Part shown: positions 10,454 through 24,135 of the stretch, one piece after another
How the letters are laid out: each line of letters starts with the position of its first letter
Numbering within the stretch: the stretch's first letter is position 1
NCBI RefSeq assembly: GCF_018350175.1
Contig: NC_058368.1
Span: forward strand, 129,024,001 to 129,088,000
Direction: 5' to 3'
Source: Felis catus
Lineage: Eukaryota
DNA length: 64,000 bases
Notes under the pieces: model-generated
Database searches by the model: none
Told to the model about the DNA's origin: nothing
The model's input: the letters and a program-made list of their open reading frames with translations, nothing else
Translations under genes and position numbers: made by a program

Positions 10454-12124
10454 TATTCTGTTATATTAGATCCAAATATTAAAGTTACTTCATTTAATAC
10501 GTGGAATATCCACAGGAGTATTTGGTATATTCAACACTGAATTCAGAAAGAGGTTATGAATTCTTGCTTAGTCACCAAGTACATGGCATTCTCCACTCAC
10601 TTTTGATTGCACTGTGTCTTGATTTCACTGGAGGGAAATGCTTTTAATTAGTTCCCCCATAATAGGACTCAAGGCAAAAAAGGTTATTAACATAAAAATT
10701 CTGAGCAATGATACAATCTGGTTGGGCTCCCCAGGCAGCAGAAGAAATGAGTTAGTGTGAGTCCTTACTGACACCCCAGTAAGGTGTCAGTCTGAAGCAC
10801 CCCAGCACTGTTGTGAGGACCTCACTGGGCTGCCCTGTGTTCTGGGAGAGGAGCCCTGAGTGCTTTGAGTGTGGACGGGTTTAGAATTAAAGCTTTTCTT
10901 CTTTGCTTTTGCAAAAATAGTTATTACTTTTTCTAAAAACACCTTCAAAATAATGACTGAATGCTTATTGTCTTCTTGAATGAGTCTATTTGGAGTTTGT
11001 AGAAGTATGACTTAATTAATGGACCGCTTTTTAAGCTCTACTTAATACCAAGTGAGGTGAGCACATTTTAGCTTCTAAAGGATGGGAACATGGCAAAGAT
11101 TGCCATGCAGCGGTCTGTGTTGGAAGATTTTGCCCCAAACCGCAGTATGTTTTACTGTCCAAATACTATGATGTGTTTTAGGGATTTTCAGCCTTGTCTT
11201 AAATAAGAACGCTTTAAAATTACTTCTTGTCTAGTTAACCCATGTTTTAAAAGATACTATCTACAGATACATTGCGTTTGTAATTACTATGTGTTCAATG
11301 AAAAAAAAAAGAACAACACCAAAAAAAACCCACCGAAGACATTATAGCAGGCAATACCCAACAGCCTCATATAACCAATATAACCACACTGAGTTGATTT
11401 AATTCCAGCCCACAAGGAAAAAGAAACAACCGTTGTTAGCCTTGTAGCTCACCCCTAGTAAATCTTTAATTTCCATTGGATGGCTTGATACTTTGACTAA
11501 AGCATGTAGATACTTTTCCAGTGAATCACAGCAGATTGAGACTGGGACCCCAATACTGAGACTTCATGATTAAAAGAGAAAAACCTCAGGAGAGAAAGTG
11601 GAGCTACTTTTCTCGTAGGGAAAGAGCTGTTGGATAGGTCAGAGTTGCAACTATCATACTTCAGATCTGGCATCTTGTTTATTTGGAATGGGGTGTGAGG
11701 AAAGGCAGCATCTTTGCTCTGATCCTTTGAAGACTGATGGCTCAGGCATAGTGCTGTGGTTTCAGTATATTTCAAGACTTGAATTTAGAATCTTCCCCTC
11801 TCCTCTTGCATATCACGAAATAGTGATATGAAGGCATTTATTGTTTTTGGTATTTGAAGCAGCTGGCAGCACATTTGTGTCTTCGTTCTGGGTAGTGTGT
11901 TAACTATTTGCATATTCCTTTTATGAGCTACTTCTTGGTTTTTACTGACATGGAATTAAGAGCAAGTTCAGTAGTGACAACAGATTTGTCAAAACCAGAA
12001 TAGAAGCATGTTGTACTTAATTTTCAAAACTTCTGTTAGTCTTTGTTTTGGTTCCTCAGAGCATTGCTCAAGAATCTTTTAGGAGTGTCCATTTTGAATA
12101 TTAAATTTAAAAATGGTTTATTTT

Positions 12125-12337
12125 GGGGGTGTCTGGGTGGCTCCGTTGGTTGAGTGTCTGACTTCAGCTCAGGTCATGATCTCACAGTTGGTGAGTTTGA
12201 GCCCTGCTTCGGAGTCTGTGCTGACAGCTCAGAGCCTGGAGCCTGCTTCGGATTCTGTGTCTCCCTCTGTCTCTGCCCTTCCCCTGCTCACGCTCTGTCT
12301 CTGTCTCCTCTCTCTCAAAACTAAATAAACATTTTTA
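12125..12337 (+). mobile_element. Can-SINE
   Basis: Full body; TSD aaaaatggtttatttt at 12109 and 12338. Confidence 0.93.
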
Positions 12338-12439
12338 AAAAATGGTTTATTTTTAATTTATTCTCATTGAGGCTGGTTTCATATATTGCTTTTCATTTTG
12401 TTGTTGAAGGTATCTGTCATTAAAATTTATTTTCTCTTC

Positions 12440-13095
12440 TCATTCATTCATTCATTCTTTTCTCAGAAACTTTTTGAATAGCTGCTGTGTGCCAAACTTT
12501 ATGTCAGGTATTAGGTACATACTACTGAATAAAAATGCTTCCTTGCCTGATGGATCTTGCAGTCTAATGGAAAGTAGAGATTATTAATAAAGTATGTGGG
12601 AAGAAGTTCCTGAGGGAAGAAGGACCTGATGTGGCGAAGGAACTGAAAGGAACTGAAAGGAACCAGTGTTGGATGGTGAAGTAGACGATGAAGGGAGAGT
12701 GACCCCAGATAGGGTAGGAGAAATGGGCAGGGCAAGATCCTGTAAGGCATTTTTGAGGCATGGTAAGTAAGTAGCTTTTATTCTGAGTGTAATGGCAAGG
12801 CCCCCAACCTGCCCCCCTCCACCGGCTGCTCCGTGGAGAATAGGTTGGTGGAGAATAGGTTAGTGAATGCAAGAGTGGAAGCAGGGTATCCCGTAGAGAA
12901 GGTGGTTGCATTAGTTCAGGCAATATTAGCTCTTGCTGTTGTGGGGTGGTGGACATAGAAGGGGACATATCAACAGGGTTTATTTTCTGCTTTGAACATC
13001 TGGGTGGTGCCTCTGTACTGGAGGGTTTTGGAGTGTGACGAATCAAGGCTTGTTTTGCATGTATGTTTGGGCTATTCAGCAGAGAGGTCAGATAG
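12440..13095 (-). mobile_element. L2 3' region
   Basis: (cattc)n start, tgtgtgcca, cttgcagtctaatgg, ttttattctgagtgtaatgg. Confidence 0.7.
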
Positions 13096-14084
13096 GGAGA
13101 GTGGTGAAACCTTTTTTTCTTTTATAGAGTTACTTATGCTTTTAAAAACCGAGGATACAGGATTTTAACTGCTGCTTGTTGGGTGTTCTTGTAACTCAGA
13201 CTGAGTTAATAATAGTAGACTTCTATTTCCTCTGTTGAAAGGGAAATACCTTGTGGTAGTTATAATTGGCAACAAACAACCCCTGAACTGAAGAACTCAG
13301 CATGGGAGAGCTCTCATGAAATATGCTATGCTCATGAAATATGATTGGAAGTTAAAGAAGACTGTATATGTTTCAGAGGAGTGAGCACCCAATACCTATT
13401 TTGATTTTTAGGTATGTTTTTGCTTATTTTTTGAATTATTTTTCCCCAAGGAATTTTTAGGAGGTTTAAGGAAAAGATATATTACAATAAAATTATAAAA
13501 TAGAAATAAAAAGTAAAGAATTACAGATATTTGCCAGCTGTTTATGAAAATTAGAAATAGTGTACAGGTGTGTTTTTGTAACAGTGTTAGCATGAGGACA
13601 TTGTTCCAATCTCAGTACATTTTTGTATTGGATAGAAAATTGGAAAGTTGGTGTTTATCATATATATATATATATTTTCAGTGGATGCCATTGACCTATT
13701 CATTGTAAGACCTGCCCTTGATTTATTTTTCTGGTTCTGATATGTACAGACATTGTCATGTGATTCTCTGTAAAAACTAGTTACACATTTGTGACAGAGC
13801 CACTTAATAAAGTTGTGGAAGTAGAACAGAACAAATGATGCTTCATTTGGCACTTTTCTCTGGGTAGTTGAGATATTTGATTATATAGACTAGATTGGAT
13901 TGGGAATGCTGTGTTCATTAGTCCAGGTAAGACTTTCTTGAAGCTGGGGATATGGCAAATGAGGTCATAGGATAATAGAACCAAAGACCTCTATCTAGTA
14001 ACAGAGAGAGAACTGACCCATATAATAGAATCTACAATAAAAGTTGAACACTGTATTTCTTGCATTATACTGATTTCTTACTGT

Positions 14085-14280
14085 GTATTATTTTATTCAA
14101 GCTTTAATCCTCATAAGAGGGCTGTGAAATAGTTGGCATGTGGATCTGCCCTTTACAGATGAGGAAACTGGGTTGTGGGGAGGTTATTAGTTGTTGAAGG
14201 CTATGGAGCTAACATTGCCATTTGGGACTAGAACTCATGTTTGACTGTATCCAAAGCCCCTGCTTTCAGTCACTATTCTC
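14085..14280 (-). mobile_element. MIR
   Basis: tttaatcctcata...tttacagatgaggaaactg core. Confidence 0.75.
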
Positions 14281-15785
14281 TGTGGCTGGAACTGAACTAA
14301 CAGGTCTGTGTTTTTTGCAGGCTTTGCTGAAGTAATGTGCTACACAGAGAAGTTAATGTGGTAGAGCTCAAGTAGGCTTTCATTTCTTAGTTTAGAAGCC
14401 CAAACGGCTGGAGTCTTTAATTTAGGGGTACTTTATAGATTATGAAGGCAGTGTTGTTTTAGTGTATGTCAAAGAAGTGTTTGGCTTAGAAATACTTGGT
14501 GAATCCTGTATATGAGTATGTTTGTTGTTGCGATGGGTAGGAGATGAGATCTGGTATTGGCCACATAAAGATTCTGGGCCACATTTCTCTATAACTCACA
14601 GACGTCCCAGTTAGAAGATAGTATCGCTAGTGACCTAAAAGCCATCTTTCAGTGTGTGTTGCTAGATGAGCTTGGGTCAGTTAATGTATATGCTATATTG
14701 TACCTCAGAAAGACTAGTTAGGTCTTTAGAACTTCTGTTCCTCCCCCACCCCTCCTCCTCTTTCTGTTTGTTTTAAACAACTGAGAACTTTAAGGGCAAA
14801 AAGCCTTCATAAAAAATTTACCAATGAAAGGTAATAGGAGCTTAAGTTATTCAAGATAAGCTTATCAGGGCTTGGAATACCAGCAGCCTGATTTTACTGT
14901 AAAAGCAAAAGCACAGATCATAATCTTTGTCTAACCTTCTTACGTATGGGTTGGGTAGAGAAGTATGTGGATTGTAGGAATCACTGAGGACCGAAAGGGC
15001 AGATAGAAGTAGACTCTCTGCACATGAGCTTGTAGAACAAAAGGCATTCCTTTGTTGCTCAAGGAGTCCAAACACTGGGAAAGGAGTATAGTGAAAGGAA
15101 GCAGAAAGACTTGGTTCTCACAGTGCTATGCTGCTTGGTCATACTTCATGGAGGCCTTCTTAAGATGTGTTAATTCTGGTTACCCTTGGAATTTTCCTAC
15201 TACTGACACTTCTCTTCATATATAGCTTTATCCCTTCATCTTTCCCTCCCCCAGAAACTATATGAAACTTCTTGAAATTTTTAATGAGAATTTTAGATAC
15301 TCCCACAGTAATTTCTAGGAGCCACAGCCTCTGATATCATGCTGCTTTTGGTCTTTTCTCTTGGGTGATTATATACCTGTCAGAGCTTATATACTTCTGA
15401 TTGCCTCCTGAGGATGTGATAGCATACTGTTCCTTGATTCTCTAGAAGTGATGAGTGACCAGCAGGTAGGCTTTTTAGCCAGCTGATTAAGACCTCATGC
15501 CAGTGAGATTAAATCAAGGGTTTGATTCCTATAGGTCCATACCTCTGGGAGTGATTTAGTGTGGCTGTGCCATATCCTTTGGCCTCATATAGCCCAGTAG
15601 CCCTAGCCTGCTGCCTTGCCAGCTACCATGCTTGGATTGCAAGACAGAATTAATTGAAAAGATGGATGGTCAAAAATAAGTTACTGAGTTTAGAAAAGCA
15701 CAAAGCCCATATGTCTTTACAGAAGCTAAGGAAAGTGAACAGGTGTGAAGAAAATGAGAAAGATGGACAAAAAGAATCAAAGAGA

Positions 15786-15975
15786 GGGGTGCCTGAGTGG
15801 CTCAGTCGGTTAAGCGTCAGACTCTTGAACTCGGCTTAGGTCATGATTTTGCTTTTGGGGAGTTTGAGCTCCACATCAGGCTCTGTGCTCACAGCGTGAA
15901 GCCTGTCTGGGATTCTCTTTTTGCCCCTACCTACCCCGCTATCTCTCAGAATAAATAAATAAAGTTTAAAAATAA
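15786..15975 (+). mobile_element. Can-SINE
   Basis: ggggtgcctgagtggctcagtcggttaagcg head and aataaataaa tail. Confidence 0.9.
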
Positions 15976-16973
15976 AGAAAAGAGACAGTGCCTGCATTTG
16001 GCCGGAACTGCTGTTGTAGAAATGACTCAGTTCACAAGAAACTCACTGCCTATCCTTGCTCTAGAGGGTCTTGTTTCAGTATATATCATCTACATTGAAC
16101 AGGTTTAGAAGATTACTCAAATTTAGTATCCAAAGTGGATTTTTTTGGGCATATATTGATCCAGGTTTCAAAAAAAGCCTTCATGTAAGTAGAAAAGCTA
16201 TTTGTTCTTTGCTTATGAATATCTTTTTAAGATATTGTTAGAATCCACTGCTTCAGAATTGCTGAACACTGGAGGTGGAAAGGCTCTTGAAGAGGCTGCT
16301 GTTGTAGTATATGAGAAGAGTTTGAAAGTTAAATGAAAAGCAGAAACTAACCAGTAAAGGTCCATGATAGCATGTGCTTTTCTTAGTGTTCTAGGTTGTT
16401 AACGGTATAAGTAATTATCTCCTTACCTCTTAAGAGTGTACTTTTTAATTTGTGCAGTGAGGAAGGATTTGTGCTTTTGAAATACTAGAAATGAATGTCT
16501 TTTTTTATACTTAAAAACTAAATTCTATAGTCAGAATTTTGGACAGTGGCTGGATCTGTGAATTTTTGAAGCAGATTGCACATACATAGGTTTTGCTACT
16601 TAAGCAAAATACGTGATTTTTCTTAATAGGAGGCTCTAAGAAAGACCATGAACCCAACTGAAAACCACTGAGGATATCACAGAAGAGTTGAGTTTTAAAA
16701 TTGACATTTCTTCGAGGTGATCTAATCATCCCATCAGTTAAAAATGAGAAAACTGAGGCAATGAGAAATTAAGTGGATTTTAAAGGACAAAATACAGTAG
16801 TCAAAGAATTGGAACGAAGACTCCAGGCTTTTGACTTGTAGTTCAGTTGTGTTATCAGCACCAGTAAGGCCCTTTGAACATGGATGAAACTAAAGGAGTA
16901 AGAAATGACAAGTACTTTTGTTCATGGGACTCGTGAAACCTATCTGGGGGTTTCGAAAGTCTCGGTAGTTTTA

Positions 16974-17134
16974 CTTTATTTTTTTATTTTTTTTCAACAT
17001 ATGAAATTTATTGTCAAATTGGTTTCTATACAACACCAGTGCTCATCCCAAAAGGTGCCCTCCTCAATACCTATCACCCACCCTCCCCTCCCTCCCACCC
17101 CCCATCAACCCTCAGTTTGTTCTCAGTTTTTAAG
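16974..17134 (-). mobile_element. 5'-truncated feline/carnivore L1 3' end
   Basis: aaatttattgtcaaattggtt...cagtgctcatcccaaaaggtgccctcctcaat...ctcagtttgttctcag; TSD aagtct(c/t)ggta(g/a)tttta at 16957 and 17135. Confidence 0.88.
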
Positions 17135-17772
17135 AAGTCTTGGTAATTTTAAAACAAAAATTTGATGCCATACTAGTCTGTTTTATTTAAATGAAACCTC
17201 TTATTCCCTAGCTAGGTAATGAGAAGGGAGACATAGTAACAAATGTTATGGATTGTGATAAGAGGTATGGATGTGATACTGGAAGGACACAGACATGGCT
17301 GTCCTGTCCTGTAAGATGTTCCTTTAAATCCTTCCATGTAAAGATACAGTATTATTAGAGAAATAATGGCTGATTTACTAAGATACTTTGCTTTTTATAT
17401 CCATCAGCTCTTGTTTATAGTTTAGTTGGTGTAGTTTCCATGCAGTGATAAGGTCTTTTTTCCCCAAGAAAGCCATTGTGACCTATAGAGTAGAGTTTCT
17501 TGCCTTTCACAGTCGATGCTATCAGCAGGCCTGGGCGTTTACAGTCACTTATTAGATTTGGCTGACCAGAGAGTTTGCAGAGATTGAAAGATTATTCTAT
17601 GATTATCTTTTGGTTGTATTACTTTTGATGGCGTCCTATCCATTCTAGTTCCTGTGAACCAGTGGTGTGCTCTGGGCCTGCTGTTTAGTTGATTTTCTTT
17701 TTCATTTATGCTTAAGTCTACAATATTAAGACATTAACATTAAGCTTCACTTCCCATCATCACGATCTAGAC

Positions 17773-17975
17773 CTGAGCTGCCCAGTAAGTTAGCCACTTC
17801 CCACATGTGGCCATTTAAATTTAAATTAGTTAAAATTAAATAACAGTAAAAGTTCAGTTTCTCAGTTATGCATTTCAAGTGCGCAATAACCACAGGTATC
17901 TAGTAGCTACTGTATTGAACTAGTTCAGGTGTAGAAGAACATTTCCATTGTCAAAAAGTTCTGTTAGACAACACG
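17773..17975 (-). mobile_element. MER3 (hAT-Charlie MITE)
   Basis: tagccac...cacatgtggc, atttcaagtgcgcaata, agaacatttccat...aaagttctgttagaca. Confidence 0.8.
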
Positions 17976-18194
17976 GGTCTAAAGTGTTATTCCTCATCCA
18001 CACAGTGCAAACCTTTCTGAAAGCCCCTCAGCATAGTATTAGTAAATGGCCGTGGCCCCCCAGTTGCATTCATTGCAGAAGAGGATATGTAACAGATAAT
18101 GGGATTTTTCCTGGCTGGAGTTAGGTGTGCAACTGGGTTAGATGTAGCCATGATTTTATTAATAGATGAGCAAATTTTATTAATAGAATAATGC

Positions 18195-18340
18195 AATCAG
18201 AAGATACAGGTTGAGATCCAGGTCTGCTCCTTCCTTACTGGCAGTAGGGAGTTGGGCTAATCACTTGATGTCTTTGAACTTCGGCCTCTTCACTTGTAAA
18301 ATAAGGATCTGTTTCATAAGGTTGTTGTGTCAAAAGCATT
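18195..18340 (+). mobile_element. MIR
   Basis: cttactggc...tcactt...cttgtaaaataagga...cataaggttgttgtg. Confidence 0.55.
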
Positions 18341-18479
18341 GGAAAGTAGTTTATAACTGAAGTCTCTATAAGTATATGGTATGAACTTACATGTACCAGC
18401 AGTATTAATTTGCAGTAGTAATTTTTAAGTTCTGACATCCTGCCTGGAAGGCACTATGAACTCATTGATAAAGAACTCG

Positions 18480-18702
18480 AGGGATGCCTGGGTGGTTCAG
18501 TCGGTTGAGCAACTGACCGGCTCAGGTCATGATCTCGCAGTTCTTGAGTTCGAGCCCTGCATTGGGCTCTGTGCTGATAGCTCAGAACCTGGAGCCTGCT
18601 TTGGATTCTGTGTCACCCTCTCTGCCGCTCTCCCCCTCATGCTCTGTCTCTCTGTCTCTGTCCCTGAAAAAATGAATGAACATTAAAAAAAAAAAAAAAA
18701 AA
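18480..18702 (+). mobile_element. Can-SINE
   Basis: tRNA-like head, (CT)n and poly-A. Confidence 0.92.
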
Positions 18703-20304
18703 GTTAAAAACCATACGAACAAGCCAACATGTGCTTTAGAGATCAGAAAACTGTCCAGTGACATTATATGGTTAATTTATGGACTGTGTTAAAGATAAAA
18801 TGATAAGGGTGCCCCTGCTTCCTAATAGTATATCTAAAAGTTCTAGCAACCATTTCACTTGTTTCTGGACCAGTATGTTGCTCGTTAAACATCACATGGA
18901 AAGAAAGATCACTTATAACAACGTTTTTTAATGTTGTCTGTACAGAAGTTTCTAGTATTTTTACCAGAATTCATGATCTTTCTGATCTCACTGGGAATTG
19001 GAGCACAGCATTAGGGCATTATCCCTGTTACATAGTGTGGCAGACAGGTTGCAGTGGACCCTGGGCTGCTGGGGAGTGGGGTGGGTAGTATGTGGGGAGT
19101 TGTGCTTTGGATCAGTCTGACTTGGTCACTGATGATAAGAAACAATTGCAGAGGTTGCATTTGTGTCAGTTTCTTACCTTAGATTAGTAGAAATGAAGTC
19201 TATGAGGCAACCTTCTGTTAGTGAAGAATACAAACGTAATCTTCAGCAAGTGATACTGCTCCAAATCAGATGGCACCACCCAGATGGTAAATTTTACTTT
19301 GTTTATTCCAACCCTACACTCCACTGTCAGTAGGATGGTTATCTATGCATTCAGCACTGTACAAATTGTACAAGCCAATGAGCCTTCTGCCCAGAATCAT
19401 AAAGTGAGAGGAAGCAAGAATGTTAGGAACCAAAAACATTTCATATGTTTAAAGTTCAGCTTTTTGTTTTTATAGAATTTCACCCCAGTCTAATACTGAA
19501 TTTTGACACTAACTGACATTTTATCCCTCAAAAGCCACTTCCTCCATGAACCTTTATTTCCTCCCCACACCCCACTCTCTATCCCCCACAAATGAGCTGC
19601 CCTTTCTCTGTTTTTTAGCACTTTGCTTATGTCTTAGTTATACTAGTCCTTTCTTCCTCCCTCCTTTCCTTCCTTTGGTGATGGCAAGTTTTTGGAGTAG
19701 GCAGGGTGCCTGTGAGTTGTTACCTCAAGACTATAGTTTTTGAAGGACAAGGACAGTCGTGAGAAAGAGAAAGTAAAATTTGCTGTGCAGGCTCTGACGG
19801 CAGACAAAGGATTGGGGGTGGAAATTAGAAGGAGGATGGACTTTAATATATGGAGTATCTTCCATCTTTCTGAAAATAAACGAAAATGCTTACGTGTTTG
19901 AGCTGAGGCTAGATTACTAGCAGGGATGATGTTACAGGGATTAAGATATATAGCAGAAGGCTTGATTAGCTCACTTTTTTGGTAAAATACTAGTTGGGAG
20001 AGAATTAGGATTATATTCATTAGGAACTTGAAGGCAAACCTAAGGGAAAAGTTGGGGGGCGGAGAGGGAGCCAGGACTCAGACCCAGGCCTTGCCCAGAG
20101 AGTGGAGGCTGATGGGCCTTTGGCTTTCTCTTCAGGCACTTGGAGGACCTTTTTCATTCACTGCCTCTAATCTTGAGGTTCATCCCAGCCATTTCTCAGG
20201 ATCCTGGTGACCTTAAAGAGCAAGCTTCCTTTTTGTATTTGTCCTGGCTCTGGTGCCCGTAGCCTATCCATGCTTGTTGGGGATCACTCTTGTTGGGGAA
20301 ATAG

Positions 20305-20690
20305 TATAACCTCGTGGTTTAAGAGTATGGATTCTGGAGTCCAGTCAGCCTAGGGTTGAATCTTGGCTCTTCTGTGCAACTTTCACCAAATTAATTAAAT
20401 TCTCTTTTGTGCTTCAGTTTCCTCATCTATAACTACGAAGGAATATGTGGGAGTAAAACTGTATTTCATCAAAACTCACACCAGTGATTGTAAGAAACAC
20501 CATTGCTTTACGCTAAGCCATTTGTTACTCTAAGAAAAATATGCTGTCCTTTTAATTATGACACATCCCAGTTTCGGGGAGGTTAAAATAGCAAAAACCC
20601 TGTGAGTTAGGATTGTTGTGAGGAGTAATTTGGTGTTTTGCACTTACAGTAGTGTCTGATACAAAATAAGTGTTCCAGGTGTTAGTTAGC
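20305..20690 (+). mobile_element. MIR interrupted by a MER104/Tc2-like relic (~20458-20610)
   Basis: cagtttcctcatctataa MIR core, then ctgtatttcatc...gattgtaag...caccatt...catcccagtttc, then MIR resumes at ggattgttgtgagg. Confidence 0.55.
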
Positions 20691-20719
20691 TGTTGTTTAC
20701 TGTTGAACCTGTTCTATTT

Positions 20720-21240
20720 AGAGAAGTTAATTTAGTCATCGAGTCAGTGTGCTTAGAAGACACTGTAGACTACAGTCCTTGCTCTGAGGGGCCTTACATT
20801 CTAGCTTTAGAGAAACTCACGGAAAGAGATCCTCATATGACTCAAAAGTAAGGATGTAATTCTTTGGGAGCAGAGTATAAGGAATAAGACTAACTTTGTC
20901 TGGAAGAGACTCAGGAAAGGTTTCATAGAGGCTGTGGCATTTAATCAGGAAGCATAACAAAAGAGCTCACCATTAAGAGGAGGGCATCAGACAACGATGG
21001 TCCTTGCAGAGGGAATCGCATGTGTAAAGGCTTTTGGTTTATAATCAGCCTGGCTGAAAAATTGAGGGCGTGTGTGGGGGTGGTGGCTGCAGCAGATAAA
21101 TCTCTAGAGGTAATCTTCTCCCCCAGATTGCGAAGCGTGTTGTATGCCAAGTTAGGGAGTCTGAACTTTACATTCTGTCCTGTAGGAAATGGGCGGATAA
21201 CTGGAGGTTTTAAGCAGTGGGCTGATGTGAGCAGAATAAC
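20720..21240 (-). mobile_element. L2 fragment
   Basis: cagtccttgctctgaggggccttacattctag, tcaggaaaggtttcatagagg, ctggaggttttaagcag. Confidence 0.6.
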
Positions 21241-21504
21241 TTTCCTTTCCTTCTGTTTTGTTATTATACAGTTATGCCTTGTCGAAGCAGGAACTGCTCG
21301 TTTACACTCAGCTATGGAAGTGTGAAGGCTACTTTTAAACCTTTCTTTGACACAGGTATCCCTTCTCTGACACAGTGAGGCTGTTTTGTGCTTTGTAAGG
21401 TTGTAGAATGATAATGTAATGAAGTCTTTTTTTTCATAATACTATTTAAGGGCAAACACTGTTTACCAAATTAGATGGCAGAACACTAGAGTGATGCATA
21501 TAAA

Positions 21505-22255
21505 CTTTTTATGTTTTAAGTTTAAAAATAATAATTCCAAAACTGCAGAAAAATAGTACAAGAATCAAAGACTGATTCTTTTTTTACCTCTTTCTTTTTT
21601 TACCTCTTTTTTGCCTCTATTCACTTGACTTTTTAGCCTATTTTCTTTATTATTGAGCTCTTTTTCTTTTAACACTGATGAAAACTTTTAAAATTAATGT
21701 ACTGTTTATATTTCAGTTTTTTTCAATTGATCCAATAATGTTCTTTATAGGTTGTTGTTGGTTTTTTCCCCTTTTTCGGTAACAGGACCCAGTCTTGAAT
21801 CAGGTATTGCATTTCGTTCTCTCTCTTTAGCCTCTAATCTGGGATATTTCCAAAGACTATCTTTTATGACAATCGACATTTTTAAAAAATTGAATTTTCC
21901 CTCTTTTTCTAATAGGAGGTTTCTTATTTGGTTTTCTCATGATTAGATTCAGGTGACGTATTCTCTGCCAGAATGCTGCATAAGTAATGTGTTCTTCTCA
22001 AGGTATCAAATCTGGAGGCACATGAAATCCATCTGCCCCTCATTGGGGTGTTAATTGTGATCATTACTTGGTCAAAATGTTTTCCACTTTCTTCACTATA
22101 TAGTTAATTTCCCCTTAGAATTAATGAGCATTCTATGGGGAGATACTTTAAGACTATGAAAATGTCCTGCTGTTTATCAAAATTTCTCCTAGACTTGGCA
22201 TCTACAGGTGATTCATGCTTGAACTAATGTTTACTTTAGTAGCTGCAAAATGCTT
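21505..22255 (-). mobile_element. Ancient L1 (L1MC-like) 3' UTR
   Basis: aaaatagtacaagaa, tccaataatgttctttatag, ttctcatgattagattcagg, tggggagatacttt. Confidence 0.65.
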
Positions 22256-22421
22256 AAATCATCTATATATTTTTTAAGTTTGGTGTTTTTTTTTTAAATA
22301 AAAATTCTAATGCATATGCTTCTAATAGTAATCAAAGAGCTATTTTAATAAAATTCTTAAATTGTTAAACATCATATATTTACAATGATTCTTTCTGAGT
22401 TAATAAAAATGCAATTTTGAG

Positions 22422-22615
22422 GGAGGGTGCCTGGGTGGCTCAGTTGGTAAAGTGACTCTTGATTTCAGCTCAGGTTATGATTTCACGATTCTTGAGATCC
22501 AGTCCCACTCTGAGAGCTGAGTCTGCTTGGGATTCATGCTCTCCCTCTCTCTCTGCCCTTTCCCTGCACACACACTCTCTTTCTCTCAAAGATAAGTAAA
22601 TAAACTTAAAAAAGA
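22422..22615 (+). mobile_element. Can-SINE
   Basis: gggtgcctgggtggctcagttgg head, (CT)n and A-rich tail. Confidence 0.88.
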
Positions 22616-22624
22616 ATGAGATTT

Positions 22625-22708
22625 GGGGGCACTTGGCTGGGTCAGTCGGTAGAGCATGTGGCTCTTGATCCTTGGCGTCATGAGTTCAAGGCCTACATTG
22701 GGCCTACA
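22625..22708 (+). mobile_element. Short tRNA-Lys(CTT)-derived SINE / retropseudogene
   Basis: ggctgggtcagtcggtagagcatgtggctcttgatc...gagttcaaggcctacattgggc is colinear with tRNA-Lys and is followed by an A-rich tail to ~22728; stems are degraded. Confidence 0.75.
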
Positions 22709-23665
22709 GCTTAATTAAAAAAAAAAAATGGGGGGCGGATTTTATTGTCCATCCCACTTCTGCCCTTTTGAGAATTCCTTTCCAGCTACTGATGATGGCC
22801 TCCTTGGTTCCTTTGTACCTTGATGATGGCTCCTGGATAGGTTAGGTATGAGCTTAGTAGATTTAATATTGTCATTGAAGGGGACTGGGACCACAGGAGA
22901 CATTGCATTTATAGTGGTCAGTATCTAAGAGAACTCTAGTTTATATAGGACTTTCTTAATCTTTTAATTTATTAGTGCTCTAATCATTTTCTTGAGTGAA
23001 CCACCATTTTGGTGATTCCCTTGGGCTTTTTTATTTTCAAAATTAACAGGGATGCCAGAAATATATGAAGGGATGGAAAACATAGTCCCATTTCATTAAA
23101 TATCTTCATACTGTGTAACCTCTTTTGGTTTTTGTTTAAAAAAAATTTTTTTTTTTTTTAAATTTTAAAATGGGCTTCACATGTATGCTTTCTGCGTGCC
23201 TTTGTGCTTCTTAATCACTGTGGCCTGTGTCCCTCACTTTGGCTGTGTTACTCTCTGTTATGAGACAGGGAAGAGGAAATACTTTGAATGATTTACTGCA
23301 GGTCCATTGCTACTACTGTAAAACCAATTGTTAGTAATTTAGAGAAAAAGCTACTTCATTTCTTGGGTTTGTTACATCTTTATTATTTTACATTTTGAGA
23401 TGGCAGGGAAACCAACTTCAGGTAAAAACACCCCCTGTTTGTGGCTAGAGGGACAGTCAGATGTTGCCACTCATTTGAGGTTCAGATTCTGAGACATTTA
23501 TTAAGAGTGCCTACTTTGCAGGAAGCACTGCTCATGCAAGGGGGGGGGGGTTGTTCTAGAGAGTGATGATGTGCTTCTTGCCTTGATCAGGTGGCATGAT
23601 TATCTTGTTTTTCTTTTTTGTTTTGTTTTTAAACTGGGCAGATAATTCCTTTCTTTGCTGGATGG

Positions 23666-24135
23666 TTTATTTTATTTTATTTCTTTCATCATGATAAGTG
23701 TATTCTTTAAAATCCACCCCCTGTTTCACCTATCCCTCCCCAGCTCCCCTCTAGTAATTATCAGTTTGTTCTCTGTAGTTAAGTCTGTTTCTTAGTTTGT
23801 CTCTTTCTCTTTACTCGTTTGTTTTGTTTCTTAAATTCCATATGAGTAAGATCATATGGGATTTGTCTTTCTCTAACCGACTTATTTAACTTAGCATTAT
23901 ACTCTTTAGTTCTGTCCATGTTGTTGCAAATGGCAAGATTTCATTCTTTCTTATGGGTGACTAATATTCCATGATATATACACATACATGTGCATGACAC
24001 ACATATACATATATGACACATGCATACATGTGTGTGTTGTGTGTGTGTGTCTTCTTTATCCATTCATCTACTGGTAGACCCTTGGGCTGCTTCCATAGTT
24101 TGTTATTTTAAATAATGTTGCATAAACATGGGGTA
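23666..24135 (-). mobile_element. Carnivore L1 3' UTR
   Basis: tcagtttgttctctgtagttaag, cttatttaacttagcattatactct, gttgttgcaaatggcaagatttcattc, tcttctttatccattcatc. Confidence 0.88.

Noticed and set aside
12511..13046. 160-aa minus-strand ORF
   Set aside because: Lies within a degraded L2 element.
12636..13343. Short tandem duplications (aaggaactga repeats; ctcatgaaatatg x2)
   Set aside because: Ordinary slippage products; no repeat-spacer array structure.
22625..22705. Functional tRNA-Lys gene
   Set aside because: Stems are broken and an A-tail follows, so it is a retroposed SINE-type copy.
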